A stretch of 64,000 nt of DNA from a virus: IMG/VR virus record IMGVR_UViG_3300025006_000320; one strand, written 5' to 3'. The notes under the pieces are model-generated. The model saw only the letters and a program-made list of their open reading frames with translations. It was not told the origin of the DNA and did not search any database. Below, one piece after another: positions 24,164-34,855 of this stretch; the first letter of the stretch is position 1, and every line of letters starts with the position of its first letter. Position numbers and translations under genes: made by a program.

Positions 24164-25585
24164 ATGAACGAAGACGATTTCGAAATCGGCAGCTGCTCTC
24201 ACTCAGAGTTGATGGCATTGCTGGACAGCGACGACATCCAGCCCGGCTCTACGGCTGGCTATCAGACCTGCAAAACGGTTTACCTCTACCACCCGCTGGG
24301 CGGGAAGATGGTGGATCGCCCGATTAAAATGGCGATGAATGAGCCGCGCACCGTGCATGTTGCCCAGTCGTACGGCCTTGAACAGCGCCTGCGCGACGCG
24401 TTCGAGCGAGAATGGAAAGCGATGGGTGCGAACCAGCACATCGCCAATGCCGCGCGCATCGCCCGAATTTACGGCGTATCAGCGATCGCCATGCTGGTGG
24501 ATAACCAGGAGCCGAATGAATCGCTGGATTACCGCACGCTGTACAAGCACAACGTCAGCTTTAACATCCTGGACCCGCTGAACACCGCCGGCAGTATCGT
24601 GCTGAATCAGGACCCGAACGCCCAGGACTTCCAGAAAGTCGACGGAATCCGGGTTGCTGGCAAGCCGTATCACAAATCGCGCTGTGTCGTCGTGCAGAAC
24701 GAGGACCCGATTTACCTCGCATACAACCCGGCGGCGTTCGGCTTCACGGGGCGCAGCGTGTACCAGCGAGCGCTCTACCCGCTGAAGTCTTTCATCCAGA
24801 CCATGCGCACCGACGATATGGTTGCGGTGAAAGGCGGCCTGCTGGTGACGAAAATTAAGGGTCCAAGCTCCGTCGTCAACAACATGATGCAGAAGCTCAG
24901 CGGCATCAAGCGCATGATGCTGAAGCGCGGGAAGACGGGAGAGGTCCTGCAGATCGGCGAGAGCGACAATATCGAGTCAATCGACCTGAGCAACCTGGAA
25001 AAGCCTCTCGACTCTGCGCGTAAGCACATTCTCGAGAACGTGGCCGCCGCCGCCGACATGCCAGCGATCATCCTCAACTCTGAGACATTCGCCCAGGGCT
25101 TCGGTGAAGGTACTGAAGATGCCCGCGCCGTGGCGGTGTACATCGACAACATCCGCGAGTGGCTGGACCAGCTTTATGCGTTCTTCATCCGCGTGTGCCA
25201 GTACCGCGCCTGGAGTATTGAGTTCTTCCAGTCTCTGCGTGCTGACTTCCCGGAGCTGAAAAACACCTACAGCGTGTATTTCGCGAGTTGGATAAACAAC
25301 TTCGAGTATCGCTGGCCGTCCTCCCTGAAAGAGCCGGAAAGCGAGAAGGTGAAGGTCGACGAGACGCGCTTTAAGGCGATCGTCAGCATGCTGGAAGTGG
25401 TGCTGCCGCAGCTTACTGCTGACCCCGAAAACCGGGCGACTCTGATCGAGTGGGCGTGTGAAAACGCCAACGCCAACGAGAACCTATTCCCTCAGCGGCT
25501 TAATCTCGATTACGACTCGCTGAAGGAAAACCCACCGCCGGAGCCGCCGAAAGCTGAAGAGCCTGGCGGCGGGATGATGCTATGA
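24164..25585 (+). CDS. Portal protein (DUF1073 type)
   Basis: 473 aa after TerL; ARIARIYG.S, AAAADMP..IL...G..G..D...YID pattern. Confidence 0.8.
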   Translation: MNEDDFEIGSCSHSELMALLDSDDIQPGSTAGYQTCKTVYLYHPLGGKMVDRPIKMAMNEPRTVHVAQSYGLEQRLRDAFEREWKAMGANQHIANAARIARIYGVSAIAMLVDNQEPNESLDYRTLYKHNVSFNILDPLNTAGSIVLNQDPNAQDFQKVDGIRVAGKPYHKSRCVVVQNEDPIYLAYNPAAFGFTGRSVYQRALYPLKSFIQTMRTDDMVAVKGGLLVTKIKGPSSVVNNMMQKLSGIKRMMLKRGKTGEVLQIGESDNIESIDLSNLEKPLDSARKHILENVAAAADMPAIILNSETFAQGFGEGTEDARAVAVYIDNIREWLDQLYAFFIRVCQYRAWSIEFFQSLRADFPELKNTYSVYFASWINNFEYRWPSSLKEPESEKVKVDETRFKAIVSMLEVVLPQLTADPENRATLIEWACENANANENLFPQRLNLDYDSLKENPPPEPPKAEEPGGGMML

Positions 25586-26406
25586 ACACTTTCACCAGAA
25601 CAGTGAGAGATGCGGTGAAGTTCTTTCTCCGCAACGGCTACTCGTCCCGGGAAGAGCTGGAACGCTGGCAGGCGATTATCCGCCAGGCCGCCGAAAGCGA
25701 AACAGCCGATGACTACATGGCGATGGTCACCCGCAACCTGACGAAGGCATACGACCTGCAGGTTGGGCGTGCTGGCGCGCTGAAGCGCCACCAGGGCATG
25801 TCCCGGTTCACGCTCAACTACCTTGAGCCGAAGCTGAGGACGGAGCTCGACAGGCGGATCCTCGCCAGCGCCGACCTAATCCAGCTCAACCGCAAAAAAG
25901 CCATCGACACTACACTGTCGCGGTTTAGCGGCTGGGCCAGCAGCATTCCCTCAGCCGACAGCATCGCGCTGACCGGTATTCAGGGAACGATGCGGGAGAC
26001 GGCAGCGCACATTCAGAAGGCCGCCGAGAAGGTCGACTATGAAGTGCGCCGGGTGATGATCGACCAGAACCATAAGCTGATAGCCAACATCGACAACGTG
26101 ATCGCAACCAGCAATAACGCGATTGCAGCGATATGGCACAGCCACTGGCGGCGTCCGGGTTATGACTTCCGCGAGGACCACAAGGAACGCGATCAGCTGT
26201 ATTACCTGATTCGCGGGAACTGGGCGCAAAAAAACGGGTACGTGAAAGCAGGTCCTGCCGGTTACCTGGACGAAATCACTCAGCCAGGCGAAGAGGTTTT
26301 TTGCCAGTGCTACGTGACATACGTCTACAACCTCCGAAGCATTCCTGAATACATGCTGACCCAGAAGGGGCAGAAGTTCATGGAGTCGATGAAGAAAGCA
26401 GCATAG
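25582..26406 (+). CDS. Minor head morphogenesis protein (Mu F / SPP1 gp7-like)
   Basis: After the portal; W.SH...R.DH..R...PGEEVFCQC. Confidence 0.75.
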   Translation: MNTFTRTVRDAVKFFLRNGYSSREELERWQAIIRQAAESETADDYMAMVTRNLTKAYDLQVGRAGALKRHQGMSRFTLNYLEPKLRTELDRRILASADLIQLNRKKAIDTTLSRFSGWASSIPSADSIALTGIQGTMRETAAHIQKAAEKVDYEVRRVMIDQNHKLIANIDNVIATSNNAIAAIWHSHWRRPGYDFREDHKERDQLYYLIRGNWAQKNGYVKAGPAGYLDEITQPGEEVFCQCYVTYVYNLRSIPEYMLTQKGQKFMESMKKAA

Positions 26407-26415
26407 GAGCATTAA

Positions 26416-28035
<1,620 letters not shown>

Positions 28036-28050
28036 CGGGAGCTCTCAAGC

Positions 28051-28911
28051 ATGGCTAATTTATCTCTTAACCCGATGGCAACCACGAACGCGCTGGGTTC
28101 CTTCGGTGTGCAGTCCGACGGTTATATCCAGGGCGTGGCGCTCGATGACCCGGCCAACCGCTTTAATCTGGCGGCGGGCACTGTGGCGGCAACCGAAACC
28201 AAACCTCTGTGGGGCGGCTTGCCGGTTGCTGAGCTTCTGCCTGGCACCAGTTCAAGCCCGCGCGGTTCTTACATCCGTCGCGCTGTGTCTGTTGCCGAGC
28301 TGGAAGGCTTCACTGTCTTCAATCAGGCTCACAACGGCCTGACCACACCTCAGTCTCCGGTTCCGCTGTACGCATCAGGCATGAGCGTTTCTTACTACCG
28401 CCTGGGCTCTAACATGCGCGTTCCGCTGAAGGCATCTGCGCAGGTTGTCGCGCTGGGCACCTCTGGCGCTTCAGTGAAAACTCCGCTGGCCTGGGACTTC
28501 GTGAACAACCAGATCACCACTGCGGCGGCGGCCGGTTTCGCTGGTTCTGATATTGCGACAACTGCTGTGACCTATGCCAATGGCGTGGCGACGGCGACAA
28601 CCGCATCAGCGCACGGCCTTACTGCTGGTCAGTACGTGAAAATCAGCGGCGTTGCCCCTGCGGCGTACAACGGCACTGTGGTAGTGCTGTCTGTTCCGAG
28701 CTCAACGACCTTCACCTACGCCCCGGCAACTGCACCAGGCGGCGCTGCAACCACGCAGGGCACCATCGGCGCAGTTACGCTTTCCGACATCACGCTGCCG
28801 GTAAAAGTGCTCGCCATCGAATCAGGCAACTCCAAGACTGTCAGCTATGACAGCGCGACGGGCTTCCTGACCTGGAATAACACCGACAGCTGCGCGCTGG
28901 TCTTACTTTAA
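28051..28911 (+). CDS. Head decoration/cement-like protein with inserted FCCH-like domain
   Basis: Between scaffold and capsid genes; AHGL..GQYV.ISGV....YNG insert. Confidence 0.6.
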   Translation: MANLSLNPMATTNALGSFGVQSDGYIQGVALDDPANRFNLAAGTVAATETKPLWGGLPVAELLPGTSSSPRGSYIRRAVSVAELEGFTVFNQAHNGLTTPQSPVPLYASGMSVSYYRLGSNMRVPLKASAQVVALGTSGASVKTPLAWDFVNNQITTAAAAGFAGSDIATTAVTYANGVATATTASAHGLTAGQYVKISGVAPAAYNGTVVVLSVPSSTTFTYAPATAPGGAATTQGTIGAVTLSDITLPVKVLAIESGNSKTVSYDSATGFLTWNNTDSCALVLL

Positions 28912-28927
28912 TCGGGAGCTGAATTAA

Positions 28928-29959
28928 ATGGCTGCAATTACCCCCAGCTACACCATCGTCAATCCGTCGTACATCGCGCCGGAGATGATCATTGGTTACC
29001 AGCAGGCGTCAGGTGCGTTTGAAACCATCGCCAGCGGTAACCCGCAAGTCCGTCTCGGCGTAGGCGATCAGTACGTCTACATGCGCCGCCTGGACATTCG
29101 CACCCAGACCACTTCCAGCCAGTCCGGTAACGGTAACCAGCTGCCGAGCGTGGCGCTTGATGCGAAGATGATTTCAACCCCAACCTACCTGTTCCGCTGC
29201 CGTGGTATCTACGATCACCATGATATGGCCGCTGCCGGTAACTGGAACTTTGCACTGCCGGAAGCGCAGCGCCTGGGCATGCGTCAGGGCATTTTCCAGC
29301 AGCTGCGCTCTGCTCTGCTGTACGGCATGAACCCTGCTGGCGGTGAAGGCCTGCTGAACACCGCTGGTGCGACCACCGAGTCCCTGCCTCCGGACAGCAA
29401 CGGCAATACCACTGTGCTGACCTATGACCACGGCCAGATGGCGGTATATCTGCTGGGTCACGTACAGGCCGCACTGACCCGTACCATGCAGCTGGGCCGC
29501 CAGCAGCGCGTCGTTATCCTGGGTCCGCAGCGCGTTCTCGGTGCCATGGAGATTCAGCAGATCGTTCAGCTGACTTCTTACCAGCGTCCTGGTGGTGGTA
29601 CTGACACCGTCGGCGGCACGGTGAAGGAAGTGCTGAAAGGCGCAAACGTCCAGGTTGACTGGGTGTATGACGATACCCTGATCGGCGCTGGCGCTGGCGG
29701 TACCGACGCGGTGGTGATCACCATCCCTGAGGTCGAAGTGCCGATGGTCAACTCTACCGTGAACACCAACGAATTCGCCAAGCTGACCCCGTCTCTTGCC
29801 GCGAACGCGCTGATGTTTACCGACATGGCCGCGCCGCGCGAGATTCCGACGCCGATCGCTGGTGGCGCCATCGATGTTCTGTCCGAAATGCGTTCAACCG
29901 CAGGCTGGGCAGTTCGTCCGGAAGCAATCACCATCCTGTCCATGGCGTACAGCGCCTGA
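28928..29959 (+). CDS. Major capsid protein
   Basis: 343 aa, position, strong codon bias, followed by a terminator. Confidence 0.75.
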   Translation: MAAITPSYTIVNPSYIAPEMIIGYQQASGAFETIASGNPQVRLGVGDQYVYMRRLDIRTQTTSSQSGNGNQLPSVALDAKMISTPTYLFRCRGIYDHHDMAAAGNWNFALPEAQRLGMRQGIFQQLRSALLYGMNPAGGEGLLNTAGATTESLPPDSNGNTTVLTYDHGQMAVYLLGHVQAALTRTMQLGRQQRVVILGPQRVLGAMEIQQIVQLTSYQRPGGGTDTVGGTVKEVLKGANVQVDWVYDDTLIGAGAGGTDAVVITIPEVEVPMVNSTVNTNEFAKLTPSLAANALMFTDMAAPREIPTPIAGGAIDVLSEMRSTAGWAVRPEAITILSMAYSA

Positions 29960-29979
29960 TCCATTCTTTGAAGTGGTTA

Positions 29980-30014
29980 AGCCTCTGCCGGGGAAACTCA
30001 GCAGGGGCTTTTTT
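29980..30014 (+). terminator. Terminator after the capsid gene
   Basis: AGCCTCTGC...GCAGGGGCT then a T-tract. Confidence 0.7.
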
Positions 30015-30027
30015 ACGAGGGTAACCA

Positions 30028-30510
30028 ATGAAACTCTATATCGCTAACACCACCAAGCAGCGCCAGATTTTTGCATATCGCAAACTGGAGACCGGCCGCC
30101 TTATTCAGATCCCGATTAACCACGGAGATCAGATGATGGTGCTGGATGGCTCAACTGAAGAAGTTGACGCAGTGGTGCAGCATCACCAGGTTTACGGTCT
30201 GGTTGACTCGACGAAAATCGACCAGAGCCAGGCGTTTGTCGGATTGTGCTACAGCCTGAACAAGCCTGTATCAGCGTCGGTAATCGAAAAAGCAATCCGT
30301 GATAACGATATTCACCTGACCCGTGGCGCCCACGGCCGCCGCCAGGCATCTGTAGCGGCTCTGGATAGTTCTCTGCGCGAAAGCGGTACCGGCTATTCCG
30401 GCGAAATGGAAGTCAGCGCTGAGCAGGCCAGAGGCCGTGGTGAAAGCGACGAAATTCAGGTCGTTAACGAGACGATTGTTACTCCGAAAGCCGGGAATAA
30501 GAAAAAATGA
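30028..30510 (+). CDS. Hypothetical virion-region protein
   Basis: 160 aa, GAGG SD. Confidence 0.7.
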   Translation: MKLYIANTTKQRQIFAYRKLETGRLIQIPINHGDQMMVLDGSTEEVDAVVQHHQVYGLVDSTKIDQSQAFVGLCYSLNKPVSASVIEKAIRDNDIHLTRGAHGRRQASVAALDSSLRESGTGYSGEMEVSAEQARGRGESDEIQVVNETIVTPKAGNKKK

Positions 30511-30935
30511 GCGTAAATCTGGCTGCATTCATCATATTCGTTCGCACAGATATGGGCGTAACCGCCAGCCAGGTTCCTTATGACTCTCCGTCCTTTGTTG
30601 TTGCGTATAACGCGGCCGTGGAATGGGTGAACCGGGATATTGAACTGGTTATGCCCAATCTGTATGAGGTTGCCGTTTACAATCTTGGCGCATCGTTTCT
30701 GGTCAACTACGGTACTGAGTCGGTATTTGCTGAATTCAGAAAAGAGTATGGCCTGAACAATTTCAAGGCTGGCGTGATTACTGGTGCCGGGGATAACTCA
30801 ACCAGCGCTCAGCGCCTGGTGCCGGACTTCTTCAAAGACCTGTCACTGGCTGACCTGCAGATGCTGCAGGACCCATGGGGCCGACGGTACCTGATGATTG
30901 CCCAGCAGTTCGGCAGTTTGTGGGGTCTGTCATGA
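30507..30935 (+). CDS. Head-tail adaptor, DUF4054-like
   Basis: YNL.A..L and L.Q.PWGRRYL.IA..FG pattern; position. Confidence 0.6.
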   Translation: MSVNLAAFIIFVRTDMGVTASQVPYDSPSFVVAYNAAVEWVNRDIELVMPNLYEVAVYNLGASFLVNYGTESVFAEFRKEYGLNNFKAGVITGAGDNSTSAQRLVPDFFKDLSLADLQMLQDPWGRRYLMIAQQFGSLWGLS

Positions 30936-31369
30936 TCACCTTCCATCTTGGGGTGATTGACGTCCCGTATGAGGACGAGAACACCACGACCGGAGACGTC
31001 GCCGAGTATCTGGAGGAAAAGTACCAGATCATGCAGACGTTTTTCGACAGGTACAGCAACGACATCGCTGATTTGATGGCAAAGGACATGGCGGAACAAC
31101 TGGAAAACTTGATTGCAGGCTTCCCGCCACAGAGTGACCCTTTTCGACAATCAATGTCACAGATCCATGACCTGTTCGTCGGATTCCTCGACAACGCCGA
31201 AATGAACGGATTGCCTGGAGTGCCAACGAAGCGCGCGCTGGAGGGTATTTCGAAGCGATTCAAGAGCGGAAAAGGGCCGAAACCTCGCCCTTCATTCATT
31301 GATACCGGAACCTACCAAGGGGCGATGTGCGCCTGGGTGAGCGGGGTGCTAAATGCCTTCCCTGGATGA
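30932..31369 (+). CDS. Neck/tail completion protein
   Basis: ATGA overlap; C-terminal RPSFIDTG motif. Confidence 0.55.
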   Translation: MITFHLGVIDVPYEDENTTTGDVAEYLEEKYQIMQTFFDRYSNDIADLMAKDMAEQLENLIAGFPPQSDPFRQSMSQIHDLFVGFLDNAEMNGLPGVPTKRALEGISKRFKSGKGPKPRPSFIDTGTYQGAMCAWVSGVLNAFPG

Positions 31370-32294
31370 GTTGCAGCAAACTGCAAAAACCGAGCTTAAC
31401 GCCACGCTGACGCAGGGTCTTGATGACCTGAGTCGCTTTCAGGTGGTCACGTTCACGAAGTATATCCGCAAGGTGCTACCCCTCGATGGCTTCGTCTTCT
31501 GGGTGAAGGCTTCTGTTCTGTCGGACGACCCCAGCAGCGAGCCCGATACGGTGAACGTTAAGGGCTATCTGCACCTGACGACCGAAACCATTCAGGACGA
31601 TGAGCAGCTTTACGACCGGAACGTCGTGACGTTTACCGCGCAGGCGGACATCGACCCGTTCAATGATATCGGATCTAATGTCCTGTATATCGGGGAATTC
31701 TTTGGCCTCCAGTTTTCCTTCTCCCGGCGCACCGGGCTGAACGAACCGGCCAACCTCTACCACTACACAGGGGAGGCAATATTCCCCTACATGCGATCGC
31801 AGATCATCAACTCTGCCGATGATATCGACCTGTCGGATGTTGTGGTTTCGAGCTCATTGCCGGTATGGCTGGCGTTGAGCCAGTACATGCCAATGTTCCC
31901 GGCCATGCTGTCGACGCAGAACCTGTCTCCTCCGTACGCAACGGTGAAGTGCAGCAACACCGCGCCGATTGCCGGGAACTTTTATCTCGATGAGCAGCAG
32001 AACCAGTATCAGCTGGTTTCCGAGGATGTGACGATCTCCATCACTGGCCTGCGCAATGCCGGGGTTGAAGATTTCCTGAGGTACGTACAGCAGTACACGC
32101 TCGGAGATGACGCGGAAATGGGCGTGATGAATATCCCGGTCGTTCAGGACGAGCGCGTCACGCAGAACGAGCTGAACATCATCGCCATGAGAAAAACCAT
32201 TAAGTTCAAAGTCAACTATTACCAGCAGCGCATGCGTAACGTCGCGCGCAGGCTGATCACGTCAGCGATTCCGTCCATTTACCCGGAGAAATAA
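31353..32294 (+). CDS. Neck-region structural protein (313 aa)
   Basis: Directly before the sheath gene. Confidence 0.6.
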   Translation: MPSLDELQQTAKTELNATLTQGLDDLSRFQVVTFTKYIRKVLPLDGFVFWVKASVLSDDPSSEPDTVNVKGYLHLTTETIQDDEQLYDRNVVTFTAQADIDPFNDIGSNVLYIGEFFGLQFSFSRRTGLNEPANLYHYTGEAIFPYMRSQIINSADDIDLSDVVVSSSLPVWLALSQYMPMFPAMLSTQNLSPPYATVKCSNTAPIAGNFYLDEQQNQYQLVSEDVTISITGLRNAGVEDFLRYVQQYTLGDDAEMGVMNIPVVQDERVTQNELNIIAMRKTIKFKVNYYQQRMRNVARRLITSAIPSIYPEK

Positions 32295-32298
32295 ATAA

Positions 32299-33693
32299 AT
32301 GGCAATTGTTAACATTAACGTCTCGGTGACAAACCCACCGAAGCCCTCTCAGCTGCTCAAATCCGGCGCGATGATCTCCATGGGCGGAACAACCCTGGCG
32401 GCAGGTGAGTATCAACTCCTGACGACCAAAGACGATCTGAAGGCGATTACCTCACCGGCTAAAACCATTTCAACGATCACCTGGGCAACCGGCGTCGTTA
32501 CTGTGACCCTCTCGGCAGCGCATGGCTGGAATGTTGGAGACACTATCCCGCTGGTCGTCTCTGGCGTTACTCCAGCAGCGTATAACCGCGCCGTAACCGC
32601 CACTGTGACCACTTCCACCGCCTTCACTTATCCGCTGGTGACTGACCCCGGCACGGCAACAGTTATGGGTACGGTGAAAACCGTAGCGGCAAACGAAATC
32701 ATCGAGATGAATACCACGTTCTGGTCCCAGGGAACTACCCGCGCGGTCTACGTGCTGGAGCTGGGCGACGTGTCTGTTGCTGCTGCTGTTGCTGCACTGG
32801 CCGACTTCATCGATGAGGATATCTCTCTGGGCAACACCTACCAGAAATTCTTCTCGTATCTGGTGCCGCGCGAGTGGGATGGCGAGCCGACGTTTAAAAC
32901 CCTGACTGGCCTGTATACCAGTCCAGCGTCACTGGTGTATTTCTTTGTCACCACCACGATCGCCACCTACCCGGCGTGGGTCGCCACCAAAAACAAATCT
33001 GTGTTTGCGGGAGTGGAGTCAACAAACATCCCAGCAGGCGAGTTTTCCATGGCGTTCCCGTTCCAGTCCTCTCTGGTAAACGACCCTGGCTCGTCAAACA
33101 TGGTACCGCCGATGGCGTACCGATTTGGTTACGGGGTTACAGAGTATCCGGTCGAAGGTAATGGCACGCTGCTTAAACAGCTCCAGGACAACAGCATCAA
33201 CTACGTCGGCACCGCCGCGGAAGGTGGGCTGAGCAACAAAATGCTGGTGGCAGGCCACATGCTGGACGGCAATCCGTTCAACTACTGGTACTCAGTAGCA
33301 TGGACTGCAATCAACCTCGAGCTCGACCTGGCCAACGAAATCATCAACGGGTCAAACACCACTGTTAACCCGCTGTACTACGAGCAGAACGGTATCGACC
33401 GCCTGCAGCGCCGCGCGCTGAAGACGCTGCGCAACGGAATCAGCTACGGCCTGATCCTCGGGCGCGTGATTGGTACCGGCCTGACGCAGCAGGACTTCAA
33501 CACCGAATACGAGAAAGGCACGTATGCCGGTAACGCGGTGATCAACGCCGTGCCGTTCGCGAATTACACCAGCCTGAATCCGTCCGATTACGCCGCTGGA
33601 AAATACGCTGGCCTGAGCGCTGTAATGACGCCGCGCCGCGGCTTCGAATCCATCACGTTTAACGTGAACGTAACCAACTTTGTAGGGGCGTAA
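32299..33693 (+). CDS. Contractile tail sheath (DUF3383 type) with inserted FCCH-like domain
   Basis: 464 aa, Y.VAWTAINLELDL.N.IING...PLYY.Q.GID.L C-terminal pattern, followed by a tube-sized gene. Confidence 0.8.
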   Translation: MAIVNINVSVTNPPKPSQLLKSGAMISMGGTTLAAGEYQLLTTKDDLKAITSPAKTISTITWATGVVTVTLSAAHGWNVGDTIPLVVSGVTPAAYNRAVTATVTTSTAFTYPLVTDPGTATVMGTVKTVAANEIIEMNTTFWSQGTTRAVYVLELGDVSVAAAVAALADFIDEDISLGNTYQKFFSYLVPREWDGEPTFKTLTGLYTSPASLVYFFVTTTIATYPAWVATKNKSVFAGVESTNIPAGEFSMAFPFQSSLVNDPGSSNMVPPMAYRFGYGVTEYPVEGNGTLLKQLQDNSINYVGTAAEGGLSNKMLVAGHMLDGNPFNYWYSVAWTAINLELDLANEIINGSNTTVNPLYYEQNGIDRLQRRALKTLRNGISYGLILGRVIGTGLTQQDFNTEYEKGTYAGNAVINAVPFANYTSLNPSDYAAGKYAGLSAVMTPRRGFESITFNVNVTNFVGA

Positions 33694-33696
33694 AAA

Positions 33697-34134
33697 ATGG
33701 CAAACCCATTAGTACCGCAGGGATTCCTTAATCGTGTGCGCGGCGCAGTGTCGGTAACTGACGTGCCTGCGCTGAACATCACCGCCTCTTATCTTGGCAA
33801 GGATGGAATCAGTATGCGGCCTGACGGCGCGGCTACAGATATCCTCCCGACAATGACCGGCACTGTAGGCAGCCAGGCGCCATATCAGCAGGTGACCGTC
33901 ACCGTCCATCTGCTGCGCACCCAGGGGTTAAGCGACAGCTACAAAAACCGCTTTGCCACCGATACGGCACTGGGCGAGGTGGTGATCACCCCTGACGCGA
34001 ACACGCTCAGCAATTTCACCGTGCTGAACGCTTACCTGGTGAACTTCAACGAGCTGCCTTTTACCGGTATGGATGCCGGGTACGTGGTGACCATCAGCGG
34101 TTATATCCTGGCTAACGACAATATGTGGGTCTGA
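33697..34134 (+). CDS. Tail tube protein
   Basis: 145 aa beta-rich protein after the sheath. Confidence 0.7.
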   Translation: MANPLVPQGFLNRVRGAVSVTDVPALNITASYLGKDGISMRPDGAATDILPTMTGTVGSQAPYQQVTVTVHLLRTQGLSDSYKNRFATDTALGEVVITPDANTLSNFTVLNAYLVNFNELPFTGMDAGYVVTISGYILANDNMWV

Positions 34135-34721
34135 TTGTGAAAATAGACAAAAAGCTCAACCTGGTAACAAACATCACCCGGGAAGACGGGTCAATCGTGT
34201 ACCTGCATGTGACCCCGTTCCCGTATGAGGTGGTGGAAGAGCACTGTCTGCTGCTGGGCAACCTGTTCACCAACTTCATCTCACAGGTCGGCGGCCTGGG
34301 CGCGGCGCGAGTTGCGGCAATGATGCTTCGCAAAAAGCTCAAGCGTGAGCAGGATCTGAGCGCTGAGCAGGGGCAACAGGGGCCGACTATCGTCGACGAG
34401 ATCCAACGCCTTACATCCGTTATCTGGAACGATGGCGGGGCATGGAAAACAACCTCTTTTGATGCCGCCATGAAGCAGGGGATCATTTCTCCAGATGAAT
34501 ACCGCGAAGTCGAAGGCGAGGTGGTTTTTTTTATGGTTTCCTCTGCCATTCAGAAGGCTCAACTGATTGCGCCGACGGTGGGGTCAGTGATCGGTATGTA
34601 CGGTGGGCGACTCGAATCATTGAGCGTTACGGCGTTTCGCGATTCGTTGCAGACGTCGAATCCTCCTGGCGATACCCAGATCCAGAATGCCCAGCAGGAA
34701 ACGTCATATATACCCTCCTAG
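34125..34721 (+). CDS. Tail assembly chaperone (0-frame product; start may be GTG at 34137)
   Basis: Between tube and tape measure genes. Confidence 0.7.
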   Translation: MGLIVKIDKKLNLVTNITREDGSIVYLHVTPFPYEVVEEHCLLLGNLFTNFISQVGGLGAARVAAMMLRKKLKREQDLSAEQGQQGPTIVDEIQRLTSVIWNDGGAWKTTSFDAAMKQGIISPDEYREVEGEVVFFMVSSAIQKAQLIAPTVGSVIGMYGGRLESLSVTAFRDSLQTSNPPGDTQIQNAQQETSYIPS

Positions 34722-34855
34722 ACTGGGCGTCGAATGAGGGATTCTGGCGGGTAATCAGGGAAATCACCGGCGAAGAGTTCGCCAGCCCGGCGCAGTACCG
34801 CCAGCGATACATCATTTCCGCGCTAAAAGACAGGGGTTCCTTCAATGGTGGCTAA
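34526..34855 (+). CDS. -1 frameshift extension of the tail chaperone (gpGT-like), 107 codons past the slip site
   Basis: T TTT TTT at 34526-34532; -1 frame has a stop at 34496-34498, then is open with no ATG/GTG/TTG until TAA at 34853-34855. Confidence 0.75.
   Translation, partial: FFYGFLCHSEGSTDCADGGVSDRYVRWATRIIERYGVSRFVADVESSWRYPDPECPAGNVIYTLLDWASNEGFWRVIREITGEEFASPAQYRQRYIISALKDRGSFNGG

Noticed and set aside
24164-25585. Anti-CBASS (Acb1) function for the DUF1073 protein
   Set aside because: This family is sometimes labelled that way, but I see no pair of 2H phosphoesterase H-h-(T/S)-h motifs; size and position fit a plain portal.
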